Shown: positions 24,812-38,040 of the stretch, in pieces
How the letters are laid out: each line of letters begins with the position of its first letter
Position numbering within the stretch: position 1 is the first letter of the stretch
Origin: Mobula hypostoma
Taxonomy: Eukaryota
Length of the DNA: 64,000 nucleotides
Reading direction: 5' to 3'
Assembly (NCBI RefSeq): GCF_963921235.1
Contig: NC_086108.1
Coordinates: 25,110,001-25,174,000, forward strand
Position numbers and translations under genes: made by a program
The notes under the pieces: generated by a model
What the model was told of the DNA's origin: nothing
Databases searched by the model: none
What the model saw: the letters and a program-made list of their open reading frames with translations, nothing else

Positions 24812-25332
24812 ATCTAGTAAGAGCAGTGAAGATGTTTTGAGTCATTCCAAACACTGAAGAAGCTGGCTCAGTGGCTGGATATTAATTCACAGTTTGGCTT
24901 CAAGATGTCCTCAGGGCAACATCTGTGTTTTATGATCTCCAGCTGCTTCAGAAAAGACTTTCTCCCACTGTCAGAAGGGGAAATGTTCTCTGATCTTTGT
25001 ATTTTCTTCCATTCACGAGTCTTTAGCTGAGGAAACAGAACATGACCATATGCAACAAGATTTAGACAATATGCAAAGATGGATTGATTTAATGTTTGCA
25101 CTTTGTAGGTGACAATTTAAGTATCAGAGGCAGTATTAACCTCTGAATGGTATTCCTAATTATCAATAGCATACCAATAACTTGCTATTAATCAGCTTTG
25201 TCTAGACATTCATTGGACTGGCGACATAAATTCCTTGGATACAAGAGCACATCAGAATCTGAGTATTGTTTTTGATTAACCACCTTTGTGAACTCCTAAT
25301 CCTATCCATTATCTGGAAGGCCAAGGAATGAA

Positions 25333-26637
25333 GAAGATGGTGTCAGCAAACAATGTAACCAAAAGTGACATTCTTCAGGCTGTTCACAAAATTACTTATT
25401 TTACTTCCTTTACCTCTTTTTCTTTCAAATATGATTCATCTACAGTTGGAGCCTGTTACTTACAGTTTGATGCTGTGTTTTTGGGCTGATTGAGCGATCT
25501 AGCACTTTGCTGTGTCCAATGGAGTTTGGTGAAGTTTTGAGCGAAGTATGCGGCCAAGAAGCCTGGAGATGGGGCATGAGTTCATGATTGACTCCATTTC
25601 TCATTGATCTCACCAATTAAAGCGTCAAGAAGGATTGACATCAGCAAGGATGAGACAGAAGGCACGCTGATGTTCAGTGCCATCTGCCTGCGAGTTACCA
25701 GTCTCTCTCTTGCTCGCTGCTCCTCGAGGAAGGTGTTTGTATTCGATCAGCCTTCCTCTCTTTCCCTCTCGCTCGTTGCTGTCAGAGGATGGTGCTGTAA
25801 TCTTGGGTCTTGGACAAGGTTTTATCGATTTGTGGACTAGACTCTGTAGTTCATGTTATGATGTCTTTCTAGTTTCTGGTTGCTCCTTTTGTTGTTGCTA
25901 TTTTGTGTGATTTTGATTAGGATGAACTGACTCTGTAACCTACAGTCAACAAACAATGCAGCTCTAGATTAAACTGAACTGAACTGAAGCTGAGCATTCT
26001 CAGGCTGTTTCACTGACTTTGTGGTTTGATGGATTATATTCTGTGTTTCTCACTCTTTTTTTTGCACTCGCACAATGTGTTGGAGTGGGAGGAGCTAAAG
26101 TTGGTGCCAGAGATTTTTGAAGACCTAGGCGGCTTCTTCTAGCTTTCCCGCAAAACAGTTTAATTTCTTCTCTTCTCATGTCCCTTTCTTCTGTTTCAAG
26201 GTGGCTGGGGTCCTGTCAGAGCCTGTGAGCTACAGCTGCACTCAAACCATGGTTCTTCATGGGCAGTGGGTTCTTGCTCTCAGAACCCGCCAAGCGGCCT
26301 GGTGTTTTGGGATCTCTTGGTGTAGCCTGGAAGACATGGGCCTTCGGGGTGCAGCCCTGTGATTGACCCGATTCCTCACTGATGTCACCAACTGAAGCTT
26401 CATGGGTGACTGAAACACTGAGACATCAGTGTACTCTACTATCAAAAGAATGCCTCTGAACTCCAGAGAGATCTCTTTCTCCCTCTCTCTCTCTCTCTCC
26501 CTCTCTCTCTCTATTGCTCTTGATGGAGAGTAAGAGTGCCGGGGTCCTCAAATCGGTGGAACGTGAACAAGCAACACTGCAGCTTGTAACACCGGGTCAG
26601 TGAACTGTTGGTCTCCCCTCTCGCCTGTTACAGAAGT

Positions 26638-26697
<60 letters not shown>

Positions 26698-27052
26698 CCT
26701 CCCTCTCCCTCCCTCCCTCCCCCTGTCCCTCCCTTTCACTAGTGAGAGAGAGAGAGCCTCTCTGAGGTATCAAAGTATTGGAATGGACTGTAGTTTTTGA
26801 TGGACCCTAGATCCAGGTCTCTGGGGGCTTTGCTATTGTTTGCATTGTGGCTGGTGGGGGGGGGGCGGTTGGTGTTGATGCTTTTGCTGCAGCTTGTGTG
26901 TGGGAGGGAAAGGGGTGTTTTGGAGTCCTAAAGTTTTCCGTCCTTCACTCTTTGGGGTTTTTCTCCTGTTTTGTGGATGTCTGCGAGGAGTAAGGGTTTC
27001 AGGTTGTATATTGCATACATATTTTGATAATAAATTTACTTTGAATCTTTGA
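25333..27052 (+). mobile_element. Stacked non-autonomous LINE-derived elements
   Basis: AAGATGG start at ~25335; 3' end TTGTATATTGCATACAT..TGATAATAAATTTACTTTGAA; no coding motifs. Confidence 0.5.
26641..26735. repeat. (CT)n microsatellite and C-rich tract
   Basis: Direct CT dinucleotide run. Confidence 0.95.
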
Positions 27053-29967
27053 AGTACCCTCCACTTGTTTGGACATATCAAACCAAAGCATTGTTCAAAA
27101 CAAAATACTTTGTTGCTATCCCTGACTCAGCTTAGAAACACATTTTCTCCATCAGTCACATACTATGTAAAGGTAAAACTGCAGCCTGTGCCTAAGTCTC
27201 TAGAAAGGCAAGAGCTATAAGTATATGGCAACACAATTACATCAAAACTTTACACAATATCCCAAACTAGACATATTTTACTATCTGGGTCAAAATCCCT
27301 GGATACCATCTATCAGCAGTGAAGTGTATTTTCGCTACAACTGCAGAAATACTGAAATAATTAAAAAAAAACTATCACCCAATATTCAAGACCATCAAGT
27401 AATGGAGCATAACTGTTAACCTTCCCAGCATTTTCATGTTCAAGAACAAATAGAGTATAACTTCAATACCGTGATGCTCTGGGGGAGGGGTGCACGGTCG
27501 ACCGTCCCCCCCTGCATGTTTAATGACTAGCACGGTTTATTGTTCTGGTGTTAAAATTCTTTTGTAGGATTATGGTGGGAAGATCCAATTCATTTATTGT
27601 TACATTTTAGCTTGTGTTATACTGTTATTCGTTTGTGTATTTGTGGGTCATCCTAACCGTGATTGGGGGGGTGTGTGATAATCACCTCCCACTTCTGGTT
27701 GAGACTGTGGGATTCACTCTCCCGGTCATGGTGCCTGGTCTGTTTTGTGTTTATCACAATAGAACGGTTGTTTAGTTAACGAGCTCTCTTGTCTATCATT
27801 ATGGACCAAATGGTATCAGGAGTGGGATGCGAGATTGACGACGAGATTGAAGAGCTACTACGTCAGATAGTGCCTCAGGATCCAGGGAATAAGATGAGGG
27901 ACCGAGCAATATGCCTCCCCCACCCCCATGGGCAGGTCTCGTGAAGACGAGACCTGGAGGGAGGACCTGGCAACCGAGCATCCTGACTTCCCAGGGATCC
28001 CCGGGAGGCACATCACTCTCCTGAATCGCGACCCGCACCAGGAAATCCAAAACACTCTAGCCATGGGAAGATTGGCACCATGGCAGACTCGGCTAGAGTA
28101 AGAGGAAGACCAAAGGGCCTCGGCGATTTGTGCCTGTACGTCTCAGATACAACGGTACCAGCCACCTGGAGCTTATCTAGCGCAAGTCAAACTTGCCACA
28201 TGGCACAAAAGGTGGAGCCCCACCAAGATGACGGTGCACCTTGCCCTGGCACTGGAGGGAGATGCCCTGCGGGCCCTCCCCGACCTAACGGTGGAGGAGC
28301 AGTGTGAATACAGGGCTCTCGTAGTGGCGTTGCAGTGGCGTTTCAAGCAGAGGCTGTTGGCGGAAGCAATGAGGGAAGAACTGTGCAGCAGACGGCCCGT
28401 ATGGGAGAAAACATGGGGGCGCTTACAGCAGATCTCCGCCACTGTGCTCAGTGAGGCTACCCCTAGTTCCTTCCCGCAGCCCAGGAAGAGTTTGCCCTCC
28501 ACGCCTTTGTAAAGGCATTGACGCCGGAGCGCCTTCGGCATCATGTTTGCCTGACATCACCATCGTCGCTGGACAAGGCGCTGGCTGAGGCGGAGAGGGC
28601 GGAAGCGATTTTAGCCCCCCCCGCCCATGGTGTTCCAGCATCGCCCCGCACGCAGCGAACCCAGGCTTGTGTCACTGAGGCAGAGGAGGAAATGGACAAG
28701 CAGGAGCCCATGAGATGAGTCCAACCACTGCTGGCCTGACCTCGCCTGCGGCCACGAAACAATCTCCACTGATGAGGCAGGTCATTTGGCCCAGGAATGC
28801 CCTGCACCGGCACCACGCCACAGCTCAGAGCAGCCATTGGGAAACGCCAAGCGGGCAGCGCCTCCCGAATCCTCTAGCAGGACCCCTCCATTGTCGCCCC
28901 TCCAGGTGGGCCACTTGGGTAAAGAGCAAGGTTATTACGTGGACTGTGTGGTGGAGGGCATCAGAAGCCGTGCGTTGGTGGACACGGGGTCAACCATCAC
29001 CATCATCCGTCCCGGTGTTCTCCCCAACACGGACTAGCCATCCCCGCCTGGGTGGATAACGATGACGGTCCAATTGGCTACGGTCACCGGTGACTGTGCG
29101 GCAATGTGAGGGAAGAGGAGGCTGCGCATCACAGTGGGGGAAAACACGGTGGAGCACGAGGTATGGCTCGCCAACATCCGAGAGCCCTGCTGTCCCGCTG
29201 GGGGGGGGGGTTGCTGTGTGGAGGTGTCCCGGGCAACACTGTACCTCAGAGCTGAAGCTCCAGGAAGCGGTCCCAGTGGGAGCAGCCACCACCACCGGTT
29301 TCACGACGGCCCCCGGCAGCGGCCCAACGCAACACCGCTGAACCATGGGCAAGCGACGGTGACAGCCAGCGACCACCTCCCCACTGCGGACCACGAGCAG
29401 CTGCGCAGCTGAGCGATTCTGTGCTGGCCCACGTAAGGGAATGGCTGAGTGTGGGATGACAGCTGAGGTGGGCAGAGGTTTCCTCCCTGGACCCAGAGAC
29501 CAAAGCCCTGTACTCACAGTGGGGAACACTGGAGGTGCGCAACGGGTTGCTGTTCAGGCGATCGCAGTTGTCCAATGGTGACAGACACCTCTTGCCTGGT
29601 GCTGCGGTCAGTGCATGGGCTGGTGGGGGCTGGCCATTTCGGGGTTGCAAAAACACTGGGCAGGCTGCGTGAACGCTTCTACTGGCCTGAGTACAGGCAG
29701 GACATGGAGCTGTTCGTGCATAGCGGGAACATTTGCAAGTCCCAGAAGAGGCCGGGCCACCAGTCTAGGGTGCCAGTGCAGCAGTACATGGCGGAGGCCC
29801 CAGTATAGCTCTACTGGCCTTCCCGGAAGAAGGGACTATCTCTCAGGCTGGGAAGACACTGGAAGGGGTCTGGAGGGGTGTTCGACCTCATCTCTGATGT
29901 GGTATATCAGGTGCGGTTGCCTGAGCGGCGGAAGGCAGCCATGTTGCACCGGGACTGGCTGACACCG

Positions 29968-30828
29968 TGTGGTGATATCACGTGCAATGATATGCCAGTA
30001 CATGATTGGACAGAACACTGAGCATGTGTGGGATAGCCAGAAATGTTCCAGCGTGTGGCTGGGTTACGATGTGTTTGTTTATTACTGTAAATAAAAGTTC
30101 TCTAATTCTTCCAGAATATGATACTTTACTGTTAACCCACGGTACATTTAAATAGAAGTAACATAACATGGTGTCAGAAGTGGTTCTGGAAGAATAATAC
30201 GGGAGAATCGAGTATTGACAATAGAAGATAATCGGAAAAAAAAGAGAAGAAAAAATTTCGAACTGTAAATGGTAAAATGGAAGGTTTACAACCCCCACCA
30301 AAACTTCAACTGACTGGCAATGATGAAGTCTCAGCATAAAAAAGAGATTACACAGTTAATGAATGAATTAGATGAAGAAAAGAGGATTCGTATTTCATTA
30401 CAAATGGAAGTGGAAGGAATTAAGAAAGCTACAGTATTGAAGAAGTACAACCCAGATCATACATGGTCCAAACAGAGGAAGGAGCAGTGTTGAAAAGAAA
30501 TTGCAAAGAAAAGCAGAAGAAGCCAACTTCAGAGTTTCAGTTCTCCGACATAGATTTGTTTTGTGGTTAAATAATGTATTTGCTTCGATTAACGTTGTTA
30601 ATTGTCTTTCTTTTTAAGGAAAGGAAGATGTGGTGATATCATGTGCAATGATGTGCCAGTACATGATTGGACAGAGCACTGAGCATGCGTGGGATTGTCA
30701 GAATGTTCCAGCACGTGGCTGGGTTTAGACGTGTTTGTTTATTACTGTAAATAAAAGTTCCCTATTTCTTCCAGAATATGATTCTTTACTGCTAACCCAC
30801 GGTACGTTTAAACAGATGTAACATAACA
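29968..30828 (+). mobile_element. Miniature LTR element (TRIM-like) nested in Gypsy, carrying a host gene fragment
   Basis: LTRs 29968-30168 and 30629-30828 (TGTGG...TAACA); PBS TGGTGTCAGAAGTGG; PPT AAGGAAAGGAAGA; 460-bp interior. Confidence 0.92.
30320..30430 (+). pseudogene. SH3KBP1: Captured fragment resembling the SH3KBP1 (CIN85)/CD2AP-family C-terminal coiled coil
   Basis: Translates [37 protein letters not shown], versus the human CIN85 C-terminus as recalled: [36 protein letters not shown]. Paralog assignment unverified. Confidence 0.78.
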
Positions 30829-33800
30829 AGGCCTTGGCCTCCACAAACCCAGCAAGGCTGAAGGAAGGAAGTGACACTCCAGGTGCGTTGCCCCTTGCCT
30901 CACACAAACAGGCGGCAGTGTGGAAGCCCACCTGGACCTTTGGACTTTGTTATGGACTCTGGGGTTGCTGAGGATGGCTGACAGCTCAGGTGGGAGCAGT
31001 GTGACGCTCTGGGGGGGGGGGGGCGCGCATGGTCCACAGACTGGCCCGCATTTCTAATGACTAGCACTGTTTATTGTTCTTGTGTTAAACTGCATTTGTG
31101 GGATTATGATGGGAAGTTCCAGTTCATTTACTGTTACATTTTAGCTTGGGTTTGGTTATACAGTTATTTGCTTGTGTATTTGTGGGTCACCCTCACTGTA
31201 ACCAGGGTTTCTGATGGTCACTTCCCCCGTCTGTGTGAGACTGTGGGTTTACTCTCTGGGTCATGGTGCCCGGTCTGTTTTGTGTTTATCACAATAAAAT
31301 GGTTAGCAAGCTTCCTTGTCTGTGCTTATGGACCAAATGCTCACCACAATACTTTGTTCTCTGACTTTGGAATACCGATAGTTCAGCATCAGGCTCACCA
31401 GGTAATGTTTTCTGCAATTCCTTTCAGATCACTGGCACCCCAGCACACTCCCTTCCAACTTGCCAGGACCACAGTTCTCATGCCCTCTTTAAACTGACCA
31501 GTATTCCTTTCCCCATAGTTCCATGGAGCTTACTAAAAATTATTATAACACTAGGTAACATCTAAATAGTAGGAAAATTAAACATTGTATTGAGGTATTA
31601 ATCGCAATTATATCCAGAAATCCAAAAAATCAGCCAGTCTGGCAACATCAAAATCCCTAGGGTATGAGATTATCAGAGATTTTCCTTAATCTTAAAAGAA
31701 AATTGCACTGTACCTGAACCACTGGTCCTTGTGGTATTTCTGTGCACTAAATTAGTTCCTTCTCTGATACAAAATTAAAGTCTACTTATCCCAAAAATCT
31801 GAGTTTATATTCCATTTGGATCTATAGCGATTAACTATTCCACTGGTAGTACCTTCAAGTGCATAGATGATCCATAAAATGTGACATTTCAATATACCTA
31901 TGACTGTATCATTTTGTATACACTTATTCAAGAATCAATAAATATTCAGCACCAGACAACAGCAAAAGATTTTCTTTCACAATCATATTAGAGTTAAATA
32001 TTTTAATTGTTAAAGTTACAGAACACAAGATGAATGTCTAACCAAGTAATGCCAGAGGATGATCTTTTAATCAATTAATCTTTTGGTAATTAATTCAGTT
32101 AGGTAACATTTTCAATGGAAGCAAGATTAATTGTAATGGCTTACATTTCCAATAGCAAAATGGATACAAATACCTTCCAGTTCATTATCACTATTCAGGT
32201 ATACATTTTCTGGAAAATGATTAATTGTAAAATAATGAAACACTATTGCTACAAATTACACAGGCACAGGTGATGAACTACATTTCACACCATAAGAAAG
32301 AAAAGCTACTATTTATCTTATGCATTGTATATTAGTTAAACCCTCCAAGGCCTTCTCCTATATAATCAGCAGGCATTTGGAGATTTAACAGCTGTGCTTC
32401 TCTTTTAAATAGGCTTTAAGATGATTATTTTTAGCTGAGTATGTTTAAATTTTGCTAAAGTATGAAAGATTAAATCATTAGCTTCATTGACTGTTCTATA
32501 TTTCAGAGTTAAGGCTTTCTTTTCTGAATTCAACACTATTTGCAATCGTATCAAAAGTCGCTCACTGTGTTTTGCAATTGGTTATAATTTTATTTTATGA
32601 TTTAGCAATAAACATGTGCTCAGCATAATGGTTTAATGGATAAGATCACCGCACAACTGAAATTGAGCCATGCACACACATATCGTTTTATTCCATGAGC
32701 GAAGCAGTGCACGAGCTCTCGCTAGCCTGGTGAATCAATAGGAAAGCCACAGTTTGCCACCAACTAGCCAACAACTCACATCATTGCTATCAACTCAATT
32801 GCTTGCATACGTACAGTGGCTGCCTACGTGTGATGGTCGCAAAATTAGACTTGTTATAATATCCACCTCTACTTGCCCCTTCAGATGATATATAAGATGC
32901 TGTGATATTCCAGGAAAACTCTCCCCATGTTCCTCTGAACCCTGCCCAATAGTTGAAGCTCAGCTAAATTTTCCTGGATCGGAAAGCACCCTTTCTGTGT
33001 TATTATTGTCAGACTTTCTAAGCTACAACTATACAGTTTGCAAACTCCTTATGCCTGCAAAGTGTTTTTCAATGCCTTGATGTTGTGAAAGATTCCAAAG
33101 AACTGAAGTTTTCCTTTCTTACATGTAGTAAAATGTTGAATCTGCTTCGATATACAAGTTCATTCCTCCTTTTCAGATTCATTCAAACCACGTTATAACA
33201 TCATGACTGAATGTCTCGAAGTGCATGTCTTATGCCAGAATCTATAGCAAATGACTGGACAGGATTTGAGAGTCAACATCCATGAAGGAAAGACCAATTG
33301 TGAGATATCAGAACTAACTGCATTTTTTATCAACATGTCCCAGAGAATTTGAAAGATTAGTTTATGCTTTCAGCTGAATTGGCTGAACTTCATTGTGGAA
33401 ACATTTACGTTTTCCATAACTGAAAGATGTATAGGTACTGGGTGGGGAAATGAAGCGGTGACTTTTCCAAAAAGATGCACCTAAGCAACTTTTCATTAAG
33501 GATTAGATGATCTTGACTGTGGTGAGTCTCTATAAAATAATTTATTAACCCTCATGCAGTATATAGATGTGTTAAAAACAGTGGATGTGACAGAGAATCT
33601 ACGGTAGATTGAGAATGTACCCGGCCACTATTCAGCAAATCTTAGCTTGGGACTAACATTTGTGGAAATAGATTTGAAATTTAGACAATTGAGACACAAA
33701 GTAATACACATGCTTTGCAAAATGCAACCCTGAAGTGACTTTAAATTTGGTTTAGGTTTAAAAATGCAAGGAATGGGTAACTCCAAAAGGATGCAGTTCT

Positions 33801-33829
33801 TTGCAACTCTCTGTATCAATCCCCCTCAA

Positions 33830-35850
33830 CAACAGGTACAGTACATCCCAAAGAGGAAGAAGCATTCGAAAGGAAAGATGACATAACTGTGGCTAACAAG
33901 AGAAGTTAAAGCCAACATAAAAGCCAAAGAGAGGGCATATAATAGAGCGAAAATTAGTGGGAAGTTAGAGGATTGGGAATCTTTTAAAAACCAACAGAAG
34001 ACAAATTAAACAGTCATTAAGAAGGTAAAGATGGAATACAAAAGTAAGCTAACCAATAATATTAAAGAGGATACAAAAAGTTTCTACAGATACCTAAAGT
34101 GTAAAAGAGAGGCGAGAGTGGATATCAGTCTGCTGGAAAACAATGCTGGAGATGTAGTAATGGATGACGATGAAATAGTAGATGAACTGATTAAGTATTT
34201 TGCAATAGTTTTTACTATGGAAGACACTAATGGTATGTGGAAGTTCCAGGTGTCGGAGGCATGAAATGTGTGAAGCTGCCTTAAATAGAGAGAAGGTTCT
34301 TGGGAAACTGAAAGGTCTCAAGAAGGATAAGTCACCTGGACCAGATGGTGTATACCCTGGAGATCTAAGAGAGGTGGCTAAAGAGATTGTGGAGGGATTA
34401 GTAATGATCTTTCAAGAATCACTGGATTCTGGCATGGTTCCAGAAGAACTGGAAAATTGCAAATGTCACTCCATGCTTCAACAAGGGAGAGAGGAAGAAG
34501 AAAGGAAACTATAGGCCAGTCATGGCTGAGAAGATGGCGGAGTTGATTATTAAGGATGATATCTCAGGATACTTGGAGGCACATGATAAAACCTGTTGGA
34601 ACACGTTGAAGAAATAACAAACAGGATAGACAAAGGGGAATCAATTGATATTGTGTACTAGGATTTTCAGAAGGCCTTTTCAAGGGCCACACATGAGGCT
34701 TCCTATCAAGCTATGAACCCATTGTATAACAGGAAAGATTCTACCATAGATAAAGCTGTGGTTGATTGACAGGAAGCAAAGAGTGGGAACAAAGGGAGCC
34801 TTTTCTGACTGGCTGTCAGTGACTAGTAGTGTTCCACAGGTGCTTGTGCTGGGACCAATTCTTTTTATGTTATTTGTCAGTGCTTTCGATGATGGAATTG
34901 ACAGCTTTATTGCAAAGTTTGCAGATGATATGAAGATAAGTGGAGCGGCAGGCAGTTTTGAGGAAGTAGAGAGGCTACAGAAAGACTTTGACAGATTAGG
35001 AGAATGGGCAAAGAAATGGCAGATGGGAAAGCATGTTGGGAAGTGTATGGTCATACACTTTGGTAGAAGAAATGAAAGGGTCGACTATTTTCTAAACGGA
35101 GAGAAAATACAAAAAACTGAGATGCAAAGGGACTTGGGAATCCTTGTAGAGGATTCCCTAAAGGTTAATTTGTCGGTTGAGTCTGAGGTGAGAGGAAGTT
35201 AAATGTAAAGTTAGCATTAATTTCATGAGGACTAGAATACAAAAGCAAGGATGTAATGTGGAAACTTTATAAAGCACTGGTGAGGCCTCACCTGGTGTAT
35301 TGTGAACAGTTTTGGGCCCCTTATCTTTGGAAGGAGGTGCTGAAACTGGAAAAGGTTTAAAGGAGGCTCACAAAAATGATTTCAGAATTGAATGGTTTTC
35401 CATAAAAAGAGTATTCAGTGGCTTTGGGCCTGTAATCAATAGAATTCAGAAGAATGAGGGGTGACCTTATTGAAACCTATTGAATGGTGAAACACCTTGA
35501 TAGAGAGGATGTGGAGAGGATGCTTCTTATGGTGGGAGAATCTGAGACCAGAGAACACTGCCTCAGAACATACAGGGGGGACCTTTTAGAATAGATATTT
35601 GGAGGAATTTCTTTAACCAGAGAGTGGTGAATCAGGAATTATTTGCCACAGACAGCTGTGGAGGCCAAGTCTTTATGTATATTTAAGGCCGAGGTTGATA
35701 GATTCTTGATTAGTCAAGGCATGAAAGGATTGGGGAGAAAGCAGGAGATTTGGGGTTGTGGGAAAATTGGATCAGCCATGAGGAAATGTGGAGCAGAATC
35801 AATAGGCATCTAATTCTAATTCTGCTCTTCTATTTTATGGATTTATAGTC
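33830..35850 (+). mobile_element. CR1 LINE, decayed ORF2 and 3'UTR
   Basis: KSPGPDG, VLGPILF and KFADD motifs; 3'UTR GGATCAGCCATGA. Confidence 0.9.
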
Positions 35851-35963
35851 TTAATAGCTTGGTGGGAGAAGATACTGAGTTGCCAATTTTAAATAACTAT
35901 GCATGCAAAATGTAATCACGTCAGCACAAAATTCTCTGTTATCTCCAAACAATGAAATTAGTT

Positions 35964-36150
35964 CAACACACACAAAGCTGGAGGAACTCAATGGGTCAGG
36001 CAGCATCTATAGAGGGAAATGGACAATTGATGGAGGGAAATGGTTGAGATCCTTCAAACGAGTTGAAGGAGACAGAGAAAATAGTCTCATTCTTTCTGTC
36101 CTGATGAAGGACGTCGACCTGAAATATTGACCTTCATTTTCCCTCCATAA
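35964..36150. mobile_element. Penelope-type repeat with plus-strand hammerhead motif (36098-36131)
   Basis: GUC-CUGAUGA-AGG..CCU-GAA-AUAU-U-GAC. Confidence 0.65.
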
Positions 36151-36414
36151 GCTAGCAGTGCATATTATCTCCTAAAGAGCCTTTTTAGTAAATTGTACTT
36201 CAGACCCAATCCAGACAAGTAGAAATGCCATTTTGCAGCCTCAGAGGAATGATGATCAAACATCAGCAAATAATATTTATGAGTCCAAATCAACAGAAAC
36301 TTAAGACTGACAATGGTAAGAATATGTTTAATTATAATTAATGATACACATTTGTTTAGAGTTTTGATGGGCAATTGTTGTCTTGAAATGAAACATCCAT
36401 TTTTTACACACTCA

Positions 36415-36848
36415 TCTTGGAGACCATTTATTCAGCATTTACATATGATGTAATTTGACCATTTCCAAACTTATTTTACTTCTCTGTAGTGTTGGTTGAG
36501 AGGAACGGAATCGTCGACACTAAGGTTTTCTTTTCTTCCATTTTCACGTTGTTAAAATTGCCCAGGTCTTTTTTGAATTTAGTTGATTAATTCTGTTTAG
36601 ATTAGTTTTTTTTAGGGTTTTTTTTCTTTTTTTTTCTTTTTTCATGATTTTTGTCTAGATATCTTCTTTTTGTCCTGTATTATTCATTGGTATCCTACAT
36701 GATTGGGAGTTTCGGCAATTAAATACTATTTGGTTTTATAATTACTCATGTTAAGTATAACAATGTATTCCCAACAACTTTGTATTATTGCTATGTTATG
36801 TTTATATTCTATGAAACTAATAAAAAGATTGAAAAAGAAAGAAAGAAA
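36415..36848 (+). mobile_element. L1-clade LINE 3' end
   Basis: WRPFIQH-like ORF2 terminus, T-rich 3'UTR, AATAAA and (GAAA)n tail. Confidence 0.65.
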
Positions 36849-37804
36849 TGCTATTATTATTTTCCTGAAAATCATGTATTGTTCCATTTTAATTGCACTG
36901 TCAGGGATAGAGGATGAAGCTTCATTGGGAACATATTCTGAGCACTGGATTTCTACTTTAGGACTAGTTTCATCTAGAAGATTTCCAGCAAGGCCATCAG
37001 TAGAATTGGCTTTTGTCTATGGAGGCAGAGAGGTTGGTATCTAGATCACAGAAGGGTAGACAGGAGAAGTTTAAGAGAATCTCATTGTTTTGGGGGCATC
37101 TAAACAGCAGTGTAAGTGTGTATTTTTACAAAGTGCAGACCACCTCCGCCATACTGTATGCATTCTTTCTTCTCCTGAAGCTCCCATACACTGTGACCAC
37201 TGTAGGTTCAGCAGAGGTGCAGGCCCACGGCTTGGTCTTGTACTCTACGTGCTGTGATTCTTTGAGATGATGTCCTCCAGGATTTGAAGCCCATTGCCTT
37301 CACCTGCACAAGGAGGGATGTGGCAATAGGAAATGTGGTTGCATGCGCCAAGAAAGATATCTGTAAGTGAGATCAATCTGTAAAACTTGGAAGAAGAAGA
37401 GGCAGGAGATGGTGGAAGCTGGAGCAGCAAACACACTGCCGGAGGAAATCTGAGCCGAGCAGCATGTGTAGGAAGAAAGAAAGCTTTAATACTCCAGGTC
37501 AAAACCCTGCACTAGGATGAAAACTGGATAGGGGAAATACACAGCATAAGTAGAAGAGGAGGAGTGATGAGACAGTGTCCAGTGGGAAATTGCTGCACCA
37601 AGCGAAGGTGGAGAATGATGGGAGATCAAGCCGGCGAGGGAAGGGGTGGAGTTGGAGCTGAGGCAAGTGGATGATAGATGGAGTCAGAGGAAAATAGAGG
37701 CAGGTGATACCAGGTGAAGGGAAACATAAAGTGAAGGTTGAGACAACCAGGAGGATATGTGGAACTCCTTTCATCAGTGCTCCCCTCTTCTACATCATTC
37801 CTAC

Positions 37805-38040
37805 AGACCATAAGACCATAAGACAAAGGAGCAGAAGTAGGCCATTTGGCCCATCAAGTCTGCTCCACCATTTTATCATGAGCTGATCCATTTTCCTATT
37901 TAGTCCCAGTCCCCCGCCTTCTCGCCATAACCTTTGATGCCCTGGCTACTCAGATACCTATCAATCTCTGCCTTAAATACACCCAATGACTTGGCCTCCA
38001 CTGCTGCCCGTGGCAACAAATTCCATAGATTCACCACCTC
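37805..38040 (-). mobile_element. CR1 3' end
   Basis: (AGACCATA)n tail; VVNLWNLLP..VEAKSLGVFKAEIDRYL. Confidence 0.85.

Larger units (their letters stand above)
27470..31348 (+). mobile_element. Internally deleted Gypsy LTR retrotransposon with both LTRs
   Basis: LTRs ~27470-27810 and 31000-31348; TSD ATAC (27466-69, 31349-52); PBS TGGTATCAGGAGTGGGAT (tRNA-Leu type); gag remnants; protease LVDTGS; integrase zinc-binding region GHFGVAKT..RERFYWP; RT, RNase H and integrase core absent. Confidence 0.9.

Noticed and set aside
26548..26800. RE-repeat and SL-repeat ORFs
   Set aside because: Translations of the (CT)n microsatellite.
33177..33521. Strong acceptor and GTGAGT donor on plus strand
   Set aside because: All frames closed; a non-coding exon cannot be supported without RNA data.
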